In this document: positions 32,572-41,438 of the stretch, one piece after another | Layout of the letters: each line of letters starts with the position of its first letter | Numbering within the stretch: the stretch's first letter is position 1 | Virus record (IMG/VR): IMGVR_UViG_3300034118_000426 | Length of the DNA: 64,000 nt | Direction: 5' to 3' (one strand) | Source: an uncultured virus (IMG/VR IMGVR_UViG_3300034118_000426) | Taxonomy: Duplodnaviria; Heunggongvirae; Uroviricota; Caudoviricetes | Notes under the pieces: model-generated | What the model saw: only the letters and a program-made list of their open reading frames with translations | Database searches by the model: none | What the model was told of the DNA's origin: nothing | Program-made: the position numbers and the translations under genes

Positions 32572-35214
32572 TTACACAGTACAATCATCACAATTGCCAT
32601 CGGGACAATCAACAACTTCAGCTGTTCCGAATGGAGCAATACCTTGAGTATATCTATCAAACAATTCTTGCTCTAAGCAAGAGAAAGATGGAATTGCTAG
32701 TGCTCCATTGCCACCACCACCAATGATTTCTATCGTAGGAAACTCATCGAAGGTTTTAATTTTATTTATTATCTTGATGTTACTCACATATCCATTTGTA
32801 ATTTCTGCTTGTGCTACAGTTTTCTCACCATTTACATAGATGATTGGAGATGAAGTGTATCCATATCCTGGTCTGATGACAATGAATCCATCTATGAAAC
32901 AGTTTGTACCTGATGGTTTATTAGGAACATAACCTGATCCAGGGCGTTCAACTTTAACCTTAACGATCTTCCCGTTTTCATCCACAACCGCAGATGCTGA
33001 TGCTCCATTTCCCTCACCATAGATTCGTATGAATGGTGGTTTAATATAATTATCTCCAGGATCAACGATAGGAATATCAAGTATCCTTCCCCTATCATCT
33101 ACAATAGGTGGACCAAAAGTAGGTGGAATAAATTCTCTATCTTCTGGAGTTGTGGGTGTGACTGGAGAATCATTATAGATTGTAAAGTCTACTGTCACGC
33201 CTGGTCCCAAAACACTAAACGTAACTACTTCTTCTGTGGAGACACTAATGTTTTCAGAAATTGTAACTGTAGTAACAGCAACGTTTCCGACCATTCTCAT
33301 TTTTCCTACCGTTGTACCACCAACAAAATCACGACTCTCAACATTGCCGAAGAGTAAGAAATCATACTCAGTTCCATCAGGAACTGAACCAGAAGAAACA
33401 GCAAGGGTAAAAGCAATGTTTTCTCTTCTTGTTACTCTTGTTTTGTTAGCGATTAGAGTAAACAATAGTGGATCTGGTGTGCCAGTAGATACGGGAGAGA
33501 ATACGTTAGTTGATGAACCAGACATTATAATATCTTCTTCTCTTTTCAAATCAATAGAAACTCTAGCATCTACATTTGTTTCTACTGTTGATACACCACT
33601 AATTACAATCGTGTCAAATTCATCTTCCTCTACATTCACTGGGGGGAATACTGCCACAGGCACTGGATCTGTTGGAGTGGGCGTTGTTGGTTCTACATAC
33701 TCTGGCACCTCTGGGAATGGCGATGGCGGTTCTGGTTCTGGTGGTATGACAGGTCCAGATGGTGTGCCAGGAATACCTCCACCAGGAACTGCTGTAGTAG
33801 GTTCTGGGCAAGGCAAAGAATACGCTTCCTCACAAGTTGTCTGTAACTCAGAGACACCCTCAGAAGCAATCTTATCTATCAAAGCATCTAGTTTAGCGAA
33901 GTCATCTGCTCCAGGTTTTTTCTTTGCTCTCTTATTACATGCGGATTTCAGTTGCTCTTCTGTTAAACATTTTTCTCCTGCTCCAGAGCAACTGATACCA
34001 AGGAGTTGAAAGATGAATTGTAGAGCTGCTCCAAGAATATTCAATGGACTTGCTATGATTCCAAGCAACGCCTGTAAAGGACCGAGAATAGATGATACAA
34101 TACTCTCTAGAAAACTTGAGATTTGACTTAAAATTTGTGAGATGATTCCTTCAATAACACATGTTGCTGCGTTAACTGCCTCAAGCAACAGATTCGTCAA
34201 TAGATTAGTCAAGAAATCAAATAACTTTTCCTCAAGGTCAGCAATCTGACAGTTTAGTTTTCCTAATTGTTCATTCAACCACTTGGTTAATTTACCGAGA
34301 ACTCCCAACCTTCTCTTCTTAATAACTGTACCAGTCTTAGGGTCTTTGAGCGATTCTGGTGATGGAATACCAAGCAAAAATTTTACAACTACTTTGACAC
34401 CTTGCTTTAAAAGAGAATGTAACTTTGCTTTAGCTGCTTCAACATATGTTCTTGCGATGCCATTTATTCTACTGATATATCCCTGTGCTGTTCCAGCATA
34501 GTCAACTACAGTCCCTGTTGTACTACTCAACATTTGTGTGCCAATCTGCCCACCATTTTTCGAGACGCTGCCCAAAAATTCTGTGAGCGTTTGCTCCATC
34601 TTTGTCTTAACTGTGTTTGTTTTCTTACACAGTGGGTCAGCAACACCAACACAGAAGTAAGAACCTGCTGGATTGCCTACAGTTTTTTCTCCATTTGTTC
34701 CAGCAGCAAGAGTTGATGGTGGTAGTTGTGTTGTGGCGGTTCCTGTTGTTTGATTCGCTGCTGCGTCTTGTGCTCCAGCTGGCAACGTTACGGATGGGTT
34801 TGTTGGTGGAACATAACGTTGATATGATAAACAAGCATCAGCAGGGACTGAAGTTTCAATTGATTTATTTTTCGAAGAATTATATACCTTTGCCATCTGC
34901 CCCATGATGACGGGGTGTTGTCCAGTAGCACCATCAAGAAAGAATCCCATTACCCAATCACCTTTCTGTAATCTTACAGGAGAATGATTGCTCTTTCCTT
35001 CACTTGATGTGTGTGTCACTGGCATTAGCACAGTAGCCCAAGGCAAATCCTCATAGGGAACAGATGTACAACTCTTTAGATGTTGCCCTACGATTCTTAC
35101 TTTATATCTAAAAGATGCCTTTGGGTCTTTGTCTGTTTCAACTTGCCCAATCCACCAATAGAATCCGTCTTTACCTGCGAATCCAATTGGTGTATTTAAT
35201 TCAGGTAACAGCAT
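32572..35214 (-). CDS. gp5: baseplate hub protein, gp5-like (N-terminal OB-fold), with no lysozyme domain recognised
   Basis: FYWWIGQVE..DP....RYKVRIVG.H...LPWA.V..P...GDWVMGFFLDG...QHPVIMG. C-terminal G.GY...P repeats. Confidence 0.85.
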   Translation of the reverse strand: MLLPELNTPIGFAGKDGFYWWIGQVETDKDPKASFRYKVRIVGQHLKSCTSVPYEDLPWATVLMPVTHTSSEGKSNHSPVRLQKGDWVMGFFLDGATGQHPVIMGQMAKVYNSSKNKSIETSVPADACLSYQRYVPPTNPSVTLPAGAQDAAANQTTGTATTQLPPSTLAAGTNGEKTVGNPAGSYFCVGVADPLCKKTNTVKTKMEQTLTEFLGSVSKNGGQIGTQMLSSTTGTVVDYAGTAQGYISRINGIARTYVEAAKAKLHSLLKQGVKVVVKFLLGIPSPESLKDPKTGTVIKKRRLGVLGKLTKWLNEQLGKLNCQIADLEEKLFDFLTNLLTNLLLEAVNAATCVIEGIISQILSQISSFLESIVSSILGPLQALLGIIASPLNILGAALQFIFQLLGISCSGAGEKCLTEEQLKSACNKRAKKKPGADDFAKLDALIDKIASEGVSELQTTCEEAYSLPCPEPTTAVPGGGIPGTPSGPVIPPEPEPPSPFPEVPEYVEPTTPTPTDPVPVAVFPPVNVEEDEFDTIVISGVSTVETNVDARVSIDLKREEDIIMSGSSTNVFSPVSTGTPDPLLFTLIANKTRVTRRENIAFTLAVSSGSVPDGTEYDFLLFGNVESRDFVGGTTVGKMRMVGNVAVTTVTISENISVSTEEVVTFSVLGPGVTVDFTIYNDSPVTPTTPEDREFIPPTFGPPIVDDRGRILDIPIVDPGDNYIKPPFIRIYGEGNGASASAVVDENGKIVKVKVERPGSGYVPNKPSGTNCFIDGFIVIRPGYGYTSSPIIYVNGEKTVAQAEITNGYVSNIKIINKIKTFDEFPTIEIIGGGGNGALAIPSFSCLEQELFDRYTQGIAPFGTAEVVDCPDGNCDDCTV

Positions 35215-35216
35215 GA

Positions 35217-35429
35217 TTAGTTATCATAAATTCTACACTCTAAAGCATTTGGATTCTCATCGCAAAATAATTCAAATGGAGTTGGGTCGTGCTGAGTTTC
35301 TGGGTGTCTCTCCAGAAATTTTTCTAGTGCTTCTAATTCTTCTTCAGCATGTCTTCTTGCTTGCGATGACACTAAAGCATCATCAATTATTTTTTTGTCG
35401 TGTTCAATATGTTTGTGAATGTTTTCCAT
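35217..35429 (-). CDS. cp12: CP12 Calvin-cycle regulator, phage type
   Basis: RRHAEEELEAL...DPTPFELFCDENPNALECRIYD (C-x8-C). Confidence 0.9.
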   Translation of the reverse strand: MENIHKHIEHDKKIIDDALVSSQARRHAEEELEALEKFLERHPETQHDPTPFELFCDENPNALECRIYDN

Positions 35430-35430
35430 C

Positions 35431-36834
35431 TTAACTACCTAAGTTGTCTCGTATTAATTCCACATTTGAAACGGCAACAAGTCCTACGTTATTATCTCTT
35501 AGAACTTCATAAGATATTTTACTAATTAAATAAACTCCACTATTAGCTTTATCAAAAAGTTCTTTCTCTCTTTCTGATGCGAGAGATTGATTTGGTAACT
35601 TAACTTTTAACTTATCGCCTGCTCTTAATTCTAAATTCAATGGTATAGTAATATTTAGTACCTGATTTTTCATTATCATACTTCTGCTAATAGATTGTGC
35701 CATCCATTGTTTTTTGAAGTCTGGATATGGTGTTGCTTGCCCGCCAGAAGATTGTGTTGGGTCAGCGATACCAAAACCAGAATAGAATGTTTCATGATCA
35801 TAGAACTGAAGCATTACTCTCGATGGGTACTGTGAAAAGTTTTTAATCTGATCAGGAATCTTTTCATCAGTGCCGAGATGTTTCATCTGTTGATATTCTT
35901 TTTCCAAGGAAAATTTATACTCTTCGTATTCTAATGATGATGGATTGAAGAAAGAAATTACAGAACCATACACACCATATCTCATTTTCTGTAAAATATT
36001 TTCTTGACTGCCGAAAGAATAATTTAGTATTTTGTAAGTGTTGTTTTCGGTATTTGACTCTGGTGTTTGAGCAATTGAATACGCATACTCTTTATGTTTT
36101 TCTGGGTCCGATACTAACTTATCAATAGATTTAAAAACGTATCCATCGTATGTTTCAAAGAACTTATAACCAGCACTTCCAGAAATTATCTTTGTTGTAT
36201 CAGGAACATCGGATTTTATTGCTCCTGGATTATCTGTTTTAGTTGTTTTAGATGCCGCTGCTTTTTGTTGTGGATTAGCAGCACTTGACACACACTCGGG
36301 GAGTAAAGACGCTATCATGTCAAAAGGTCTTTTCATAGATGGAATTTCTTTTGTCTTATATTTACAAGTTTCAAAGTTGGAAGATTTAATTTTAGACCCC
36401 GCTTCTAGATAATTTGTTAGTATATCTTTTACAATAGTGTCTCCAGTGCCTTCTACTTTTTTACCAATACGAAGGACTTCATTCTTAAGTGCTTCCATGG
36501 TAAACAAATCTAAGATATACATCTGAGTATTTCTAGAAACAATTCTATTTCTTATGCCATAAATTACAAACTCATACTTGTATTCCGTTTTTGAAATTGC
36601 TGGAACTTGTATTTTTATGACAACTTTTTCTGTTCCTACAATTGGTGCGGTGGCAATCAAGTTAGTCGCGGTATCAATTAATGTTAATTCTGCTGCCATG
36701 GTAGGCATATCAATTCCTTCATAGATACGAATACTTTCAATCTGAGCTGCTGGTTTCGAACCAGTAAGGATATACTTCTTACCTTTTAATCCTTCAATGT
36801 ATACTTCCTTTACTACCGCATTTAAATCGTTCAT
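35431..36834 (-). CDS. baseplate hub/tail protein (gp27-like)
   Basis: IYE.I......L.L.D, YKFFETYDGYVFKSI, ITIP.N..LRAGD, SGVYLISKI. Position in the baseplate cluster. Confidence 0.65.
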   Translation of the reverse strand: MNDLNAVVKEVYIEGLKGKKYILTGSKPAAQIESIRIYEGIDMPTMAAELTLIDTATNLIATAPIVGTEKVVIKIQVPAISKTEYKYEFVIYGIRNRIVSRNTQMYILDLFTMEALKNEVLRIGKKVEGTGDTIVKDILTNYLEAGSKIKSSNFETCKYKTKEIPSMKRPFDMIASLLPECVSSAANPQQKAAASKTTKTDNPGAIKSDVPDTTKIISGSAGYKFFETYDGYVFKSIDKLVSDPEKHKEYAYSIAQTPESNTENNTYKILNYSFGSQENILQKMRYGVYGSVISFFNPSSLEYEEYKFSLEKEYQQMKHLGTDEKIPDQIKNFSQYPSRVMLQFYDHETFYSGFGIADPTQSSGGQATPYPDFKKQWMAQSISRSMIMKNQVLNITIPLNLELRAGDKLKVKLPNQSLASEREKELFDKANSGVYLISKISYEVLRDNNVGLVAVSNVELIRDNLGS

Positions 36835-36837
36835 TTT

Positions 36838-39285
36838 TTAATTCCCCCAAGGATTAATGGTCAACACAGAAAAAGCTATTCCACTACCAAAAGCATCACC
36901 AACATAAGAACTTGTTGATTGCCCTTCATCATTTGATACTGGTATAATAGGAGCTGGTCCAGCTTGCTGATATAAATTTATAATGGTAGCAGTATCCAAA
37001 CCATCAAATGGTTGTGCTGTTGGAGTAGGCACAGATTTGGCAGGAGATGATCGTGGTGCTACTGCCGTTGCTGTTGGTCGTGGAATCAAATCATCCCCAA
37101 CAACAGTAGGTTGACCAGGAAATTCTTTATCGGTTCCTAATAAGTTTCTTCCTTGTTGTCTCATTTGTGACGCAGTAATCATTCTCCTGATGTCACCCAC
37201 ATCATCTGATATGCCTGATTGTTTTACTGACCCACCTTTCTCATAATTTCTACCCATCATTTCTTGTATAGCTTTATTTGTATTTGCTGTTCTATCAGCA
37301 AGTCTACCCATTGGAGCATCGGAATAGATGCCAGTCTTTCCTTGTTCAACTGACTTCATACCTGTTACCCACCCTAAGAAATCCCACCAAGGTTTCTTGA
37401 CAACGCCACCTTCTTTCATTGATGGTTTGATAGTTCCTCCCCTTTCTTGATCACCTCTAACTCTAGAACTTCTTGCGTTGGAGATGTCTGTTTCTGCTAT
37501 CCACTTGAAAGTATTTTTAGCACTCTCTGGCATATGAACACGCATAAAAGCTCTCACTTCATTAAAAGCTTCCGTAGCAATAGCACTGTTTTGTATATTG
37601 CCAGCACCATCTTTCTTTCCTTGGTAAACCATTTTCGGTGCCCAATTAAATATTCCTGGTTTTTCCCAAACTTCAAAAGACCCATTGCCGCTGTTTAATA
37701 ATATATGATGACTTTTATTCCACTTTGATTCTGAACGGAATGGTAAGTATCTTTGCTTTACTTCTTTATTTTCTAAATGTTTTCCTTCTTCGACTGTTAG
37801 ATCTGGTATAGCCGCGCCCTTTTGACTGGTTGGATCGGAATACTTACCGTCCATTGGTTTTTGATTTCCATTTGAAGGTGGTGGAGATGCTGGATTGCCA
37901 GATGGATTTGATTGTGGTGGAGTAACTCCTGGTGGAGGTGTAGTTACTGTAGGATTTGGTGTTGTTCCTTCTGTTTTCTCTTCTTTTTTCTTAGCCCCCA
38001 ATGCTTCTAAAGATCCAGCAATTAAATTTTCTAAAAACTTATCTCTTGTTTTTTTGGCACCAGCATCTTCTCTAAATCTACCACCACCAACTTTTATGTT
38101 TGGAAGTGTTTGTGACATACCAAATGTTCTTGCTAAATTAGAAATGTCTGGACCTAGTGCTTGTGCGACTGGAGCACCTAATGGTCCCATACCTTTGATG
38201 AACTGATCAACTACCGCAAGAGTAGAGGCACCTGATGCTTGCATTCCAGGATCAGATTCGCCCTCTGGAGTGGCAGAAGGTTTAGCATTAAACATGCTAC
38301 GAGCAGATCTCGAATTCAAATCAACGACTGCTTCTTTACCTGCTTCGCCTATCATACTATTCGTTCCACCAGTCATGCCACCAGCAAACTTCATGGTGCC
38401 AGAAGAATGTTTGATTATTGCCCCTGAAGATTTATTTTTATCATTTTCTAATTGTTGATTGACGAGTGTAGGAATTAAAAATCCACCAGTCAAAGGATTT
38501 GATGCTTGTTCTATGAGAACTTTTTCCTTTTGTTTTTCTGTTAATGCTTGACCAGATTTCTTTTCTTTTTCAGTTACTACTCTTTCCGCAGTAGATTTAG
38601 AATCTTGACTGAGTTTAAATGCACTGAGAGTAGTAGCAATTATAGGTATAGTGAGAGGATATTGTATGGCAGTTCTTAATCCACCCATAATACCAGCACC
38701 AATACCCATATCACCAGCACGTTGTAATAAAGCACCAGTAAGTGTGCCACCACCATCTGCGCTGCCACCACCTCTTCCACCACCCGTTGCTCTCGGTGCA
38801 CCCGTTGCTCTCGGTGCTTTACCAACACCACCGCCTGGTCTCAATGATTTAACACCAGAAACTATAGAAGATTGATTCTCAAGTTGATCTGATAGAATAC
38901 TTGTGATTGCTTGTACACCAGTAGCCGTGAAGGATTGTGCTTGTAACTGCTGATTTAAAATGTTGGTTATGGCAGCAAGACCACCAGCAAGACCAAGAGT
39001 ATCTGCTGTAAGAGATCCAAATCCTTCAGTTAAAATTTTAGCAAGACCAGTAGCACCACCAGAAGTTCTTGGTTGTTTACTCTCTACTTCCTCTGCTTTT
39101 CCTTTGTCTGGTTTAAATAAATTAGTAACTGAAGATAGAGCACCTGTCAATAAGTTAGTTGACTGTTGTGGTGTATCTTTCTTGGATTTTTTCTTCTTGC
39201 TTTTATCTTTCTTCTTCGCTGCCTTTCTACTTTGAGTAGCTTTAGATAGTATAAAACCTGTTAAAGTATTATTTTCTGCTGGCAT
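36838..39285 (-). CDS. tape-measure-like virion protein
   Basis: Gly/Ala-rich helices. IGEAGKEAVV and EGG motifs shared with the neighbouring genes. Confidence 0.6.
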   Translation of the reverse strand: MPAENNTLTGFILSKATQSRKAAKKKDKSKKKKSKKDTPQQSTNLLTGALSSVTNLFKPDKGKAEEVESKQPRTSGGATGLAKILTEGFGSLTADTLGLAGGLAAITNILNQQLQAQSFTATGVQAITSILSDQLENQSSIVSGVKSLRPGGGVGKAPRATGAPRATGGGRGGGSADGGGTLTGALLQRAGDMGIGAGIMGGLRTAIQYPLTIPIIATTLSAFKLSQDSKSTAERVVTEKEKKSGQALTEKQKEKVLIEQASNPLTGGFLIPTLVNQQLENDKNKSSGAIIKHSSGTMKFAGGMTGGTNSMIGEAGKEAVVDLNSRSARSMFNAKPSATPEGESDPGMQASGASTLAVVDQFIKGMGPLGAPVAQALGPDISNLARTFGMSQTLPNIKVGGGRFREDAGAKKTRDKFLENLIAGSLEALGAKKKEEKTEGTTPNPTVTTPPPGVTPPQSNPSGNPASPPPSNGNQKPMDGKYSDPTSQKGAAIPDLTVEEGKHLENKEVKQRYLPFRSESKWNKSHHILLNSGNGSFEVWEKPGIFNWAPKMVYQGKKDGAGNIQNSAIATEAFNEVRAFMRVHMPESAKNTFKWIAETDISNARSSRVRGDQERGGTIKPSMKEGGVVKKPWWDFLGWVTGMKSVEQGKTGIYSDAPMGRLADRTANTNKAIQEMMGRNYEKGGSVKQSGISDDVGDIRRMITASQMRQQGRNLLGTDKEFPGQPTVVGDDLIPRPTATAVAPRSSPAKSVPTPTAQPFDGLDTATIINLYQQAGPAPIIPVSNDEGQSTSSYVGDAFGSGIAFSVLTINPWGN
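38781..38816. repeat. perfect 18-bp tandem duplication (encodes APRATG twice)
   Basis: cacccgttgctctcggtg occurs twice in tandem. Confidence 0.9.
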
Positions 39286-39310
39286 TTCTTTACAGGTCTC
39301 CTACTTGTTG

Positions 39311-39317
39311 TATTTAT
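39311..39317 (-). promoter_or_regulatory. late promoter ATAAATA
   Basis: tatttat overlapping the stop of the upstream gene. AGGAG RBS downstream. Confidence 0.65.
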
Positions 39318-41437
39318 CGAGCACGTCTCATTCCTAACTCTCTTTTTAACTTATGAGAATTAAAAATTAAATTGGGGATAAAAGTAATCGCACTCTGAAC
39401 TTGTTGTACAAAATTTGGTTGACTGGGGGAAGACATATTGTTCACAATAATTCTGTTTGATGATTGCGATTGTGTGGAAGGTGTTCTTGTTTGAGATGAT
39501 ATCATCTTAGGAACTGGTGCTGGTTTAGGTAACTTAGCATCATAAAACCATCCATGAAAATTATATCTTGGTCCTCTTGTAACATCTCCAGGTTTCATAT
39601 ATGGTTTTTGACTTTCTCCCATAAAGTCTGTTCTACCACCAATAAATCTTTGTGCCTCTCTTTGTAATGATGGATTTGTTATTGATTGAGCCGCCATATC
39701 TACCTTCTGTCCATTTCCAGCAGCAGCAATAGCAGATTTCCTATCTCTTATTGCTGCCCACACGCCAGCGTTATGGAAAGTAGGTTCGAACTGACCAGGA
39801 GCAGTAATGATAGCACCTATAGATTTACCACCAGGGTATGTTCCTATAGCAGCACGATTATACAACGCTTGGGCTATATCAGCTTGTCCTTGTGGATGTA
39901 AACTATCTTCCTTTGAAGCTAAAGCAGCAATCTTCCAGAAATCAGCAGAACCACCAGTAGAAAATTCATTCACACGTTGAGTGTTAGATCCCATAGCAAT
40001 TTGTCTCCATCTTTTTGATACTCCGAGAGGATCTTTAAAAATATCATATCGTTTATTTTTAACAGGATATACCTGAAATCCTTCACTACTTTCAACAACA
40101 ATTTCAGAACCATGTAGTGTAACTGGCATCCCAAGAATTGTGGTATCATATCCACCATCTGGTCCAGTAATTAAATATGGTGTTCCTGGTGATATGTTTT
40201 TACCTATACTTGCTCCTTCCTGTAGTTTATATTTTTTCTTTTTCTCTTCTACGTGTGCGTCTAAATCTGATCTAGTAATTTTTCCATCTTGGTTATAATC
40301 CAGACCGACGTTTGCTTCATAATATCTTTCTCCTTTGACTGTCAAAACATCTTCTTTAATAAATGCTGGTAAAAATACTGCGGCATATATTTGCCCACCT
40401 GTAGCACCTTGAGGTAATTTGTTATCAAAATATTTTTCTACATATTTCATTTGCTGCGCTCTAGTCATGCGAGCAAGTTCATCCGTAGATGTTCCCAATC
40501 CAGCTGCTGTAGAAGGAATGAATTGTATTAATCCAGTTGCTCCGCTTTTGGGGTTTCTAATATCTGGTTTTAATGTTCCACCAGTTTCAACTAACATCAC
40601 CGCAAGAAGATCATTGGCATTGATATTGAATTTTTTTGCTACTCTGTTTAATTCTGCTGTAAATTCTGGATCGTCCTTCCAGTTTGCTGGAACAAATCCT
40701 GACGGTCTATTTGGATCGGTTGGATCTATTGTTCTATCAATAAACTTTTTAATAAAATCCTCATCACCTAAAAATTGCCCCCAAGTTTTACCAAAATCTC
40801 TTTGCTGTTGATTTAAATCAAGCATCGCGGCTTGTACAGGACCACCCACCAAAGAATTAACAACGCTATCAGTAATACCTAGAGCAACTGAAAATGGTTT
40901 TACAATACTATTCAGATATGGTTTGAAAAATCCCCCCAAAGAACCAGATGATTTTATAAAATCACCGAGCACAGATAGAGCAGCAATACCAGATGCTTGT
41001 AATGGCAGTGATAATGTATCTGCGTATGGTTGTAATTGTTTTTCTTTTCTTTCTTGTTTTGTTTGCCCAGGAACAACACCACCGCTTGCCATTTTATTTG
41101 GCGATGATGGTGAAGGTGTTTGTGGAGATGGAATATTTAATTCTTCTGGTGTTTTCTTGGGAAACTTAGATATTTTTTCTTCTACTTTATTGTAAAATAA
41201 ATTTTCAAGCAATGCGTTCTTAGAAAACATTGCTGCAATAACGCTTACTTTATTGGCAATTTCATTTTCTATTTCAATTGCTTCGTTTCTTAGATCAATT
41301 TGCTCATTAAGTTTTTCTAAATTTTCTTCCGATTTTTCAGTTAAAGAATCGAATTCTAATTGTAAAGATTGTTCAAAACTTAGTGCTTCCTCTCTGTTTT
41401 GTTTTGCCTTCGCAGCAATTTGCTCATTGAGGTTCAT
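39314..41437 (-). CDS. virion protein with SLT-type lytic transglycosylase and SleB/Hydrolase_2-like domains
   Basis: LLAVMLVETGG...NPKSGATGLIQF (SLT). ALASKE....GQADIAQALYNR....I.AIITAPGQFEP (SleB-like). Confidence 0.8.
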   Translation of the reverse strand: MNLNEQIAAKAKQNREEALSFEQSLQLEFDSLTEKSEENLEKLNEQIDLRNEAIEIENEIANKVSVIAAMFSKNALLENLFYNKVEEKISKFPKKTPEELNIPSPQTPSPSSPNKMASGGVVPGQTKQERKEKQLQPYADTLSLPLQASGIAALSVLGDFIKSSGSLGGFFKPYLNSIVKPFSVALGITDSVVNSLVGGPVQAAMLDLNQQQRDFGKTWGQFLGDEDFIKKFIDRTIDPTDPNRPSGFVPANWKDDPEFTAELNRVAKKFNINANDLLAVMLVETGGTLKPDIRNPKSGATGLIQFIPSTAAGLGTSTDELARMTRAQQMKYVEKYFDNKLPQGATGGQIYAAVFLPAFIKEDVLTVKGERYYEANVGLDYNQDGKITRSDLDAHVEEKKKKYKLQEGASIGKNISPGTPYLITGPDGGYDTTILGMPVTLHGSEIVVESSEGFQVYPVKNKRYDIFKDPLGVSKRWRQIAMGSNTQRVNEFSTGGSADFWKIAALASKEDSLHPQGQADIAQALYNRAAIGTYPGGKSIGAIITAPGQFEPTFHNAGVWAAIRDRKSAIAAAGNGQKVDMAAQSITNPSLQREAQRFIGGRTDFMGESQKPYMKPGDVTRGPRYNFHGWFYDAKLPKPAPVPKMISSQTRTPSTQSQSSNRIIVNNMSSPSQPNFVQQVQSAITFIPNLIFNSHKLKRELGMRRAR

Positions 41438-41438
41438 C

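Noticed and set aside
33236..34009. 257-aa plus-strand ORF, and similar ones at 31145-31639 and 18923-19537
   Set aside because: Antisense to long structural genes. Their low-complexity translations mirror the sense-strand codons.
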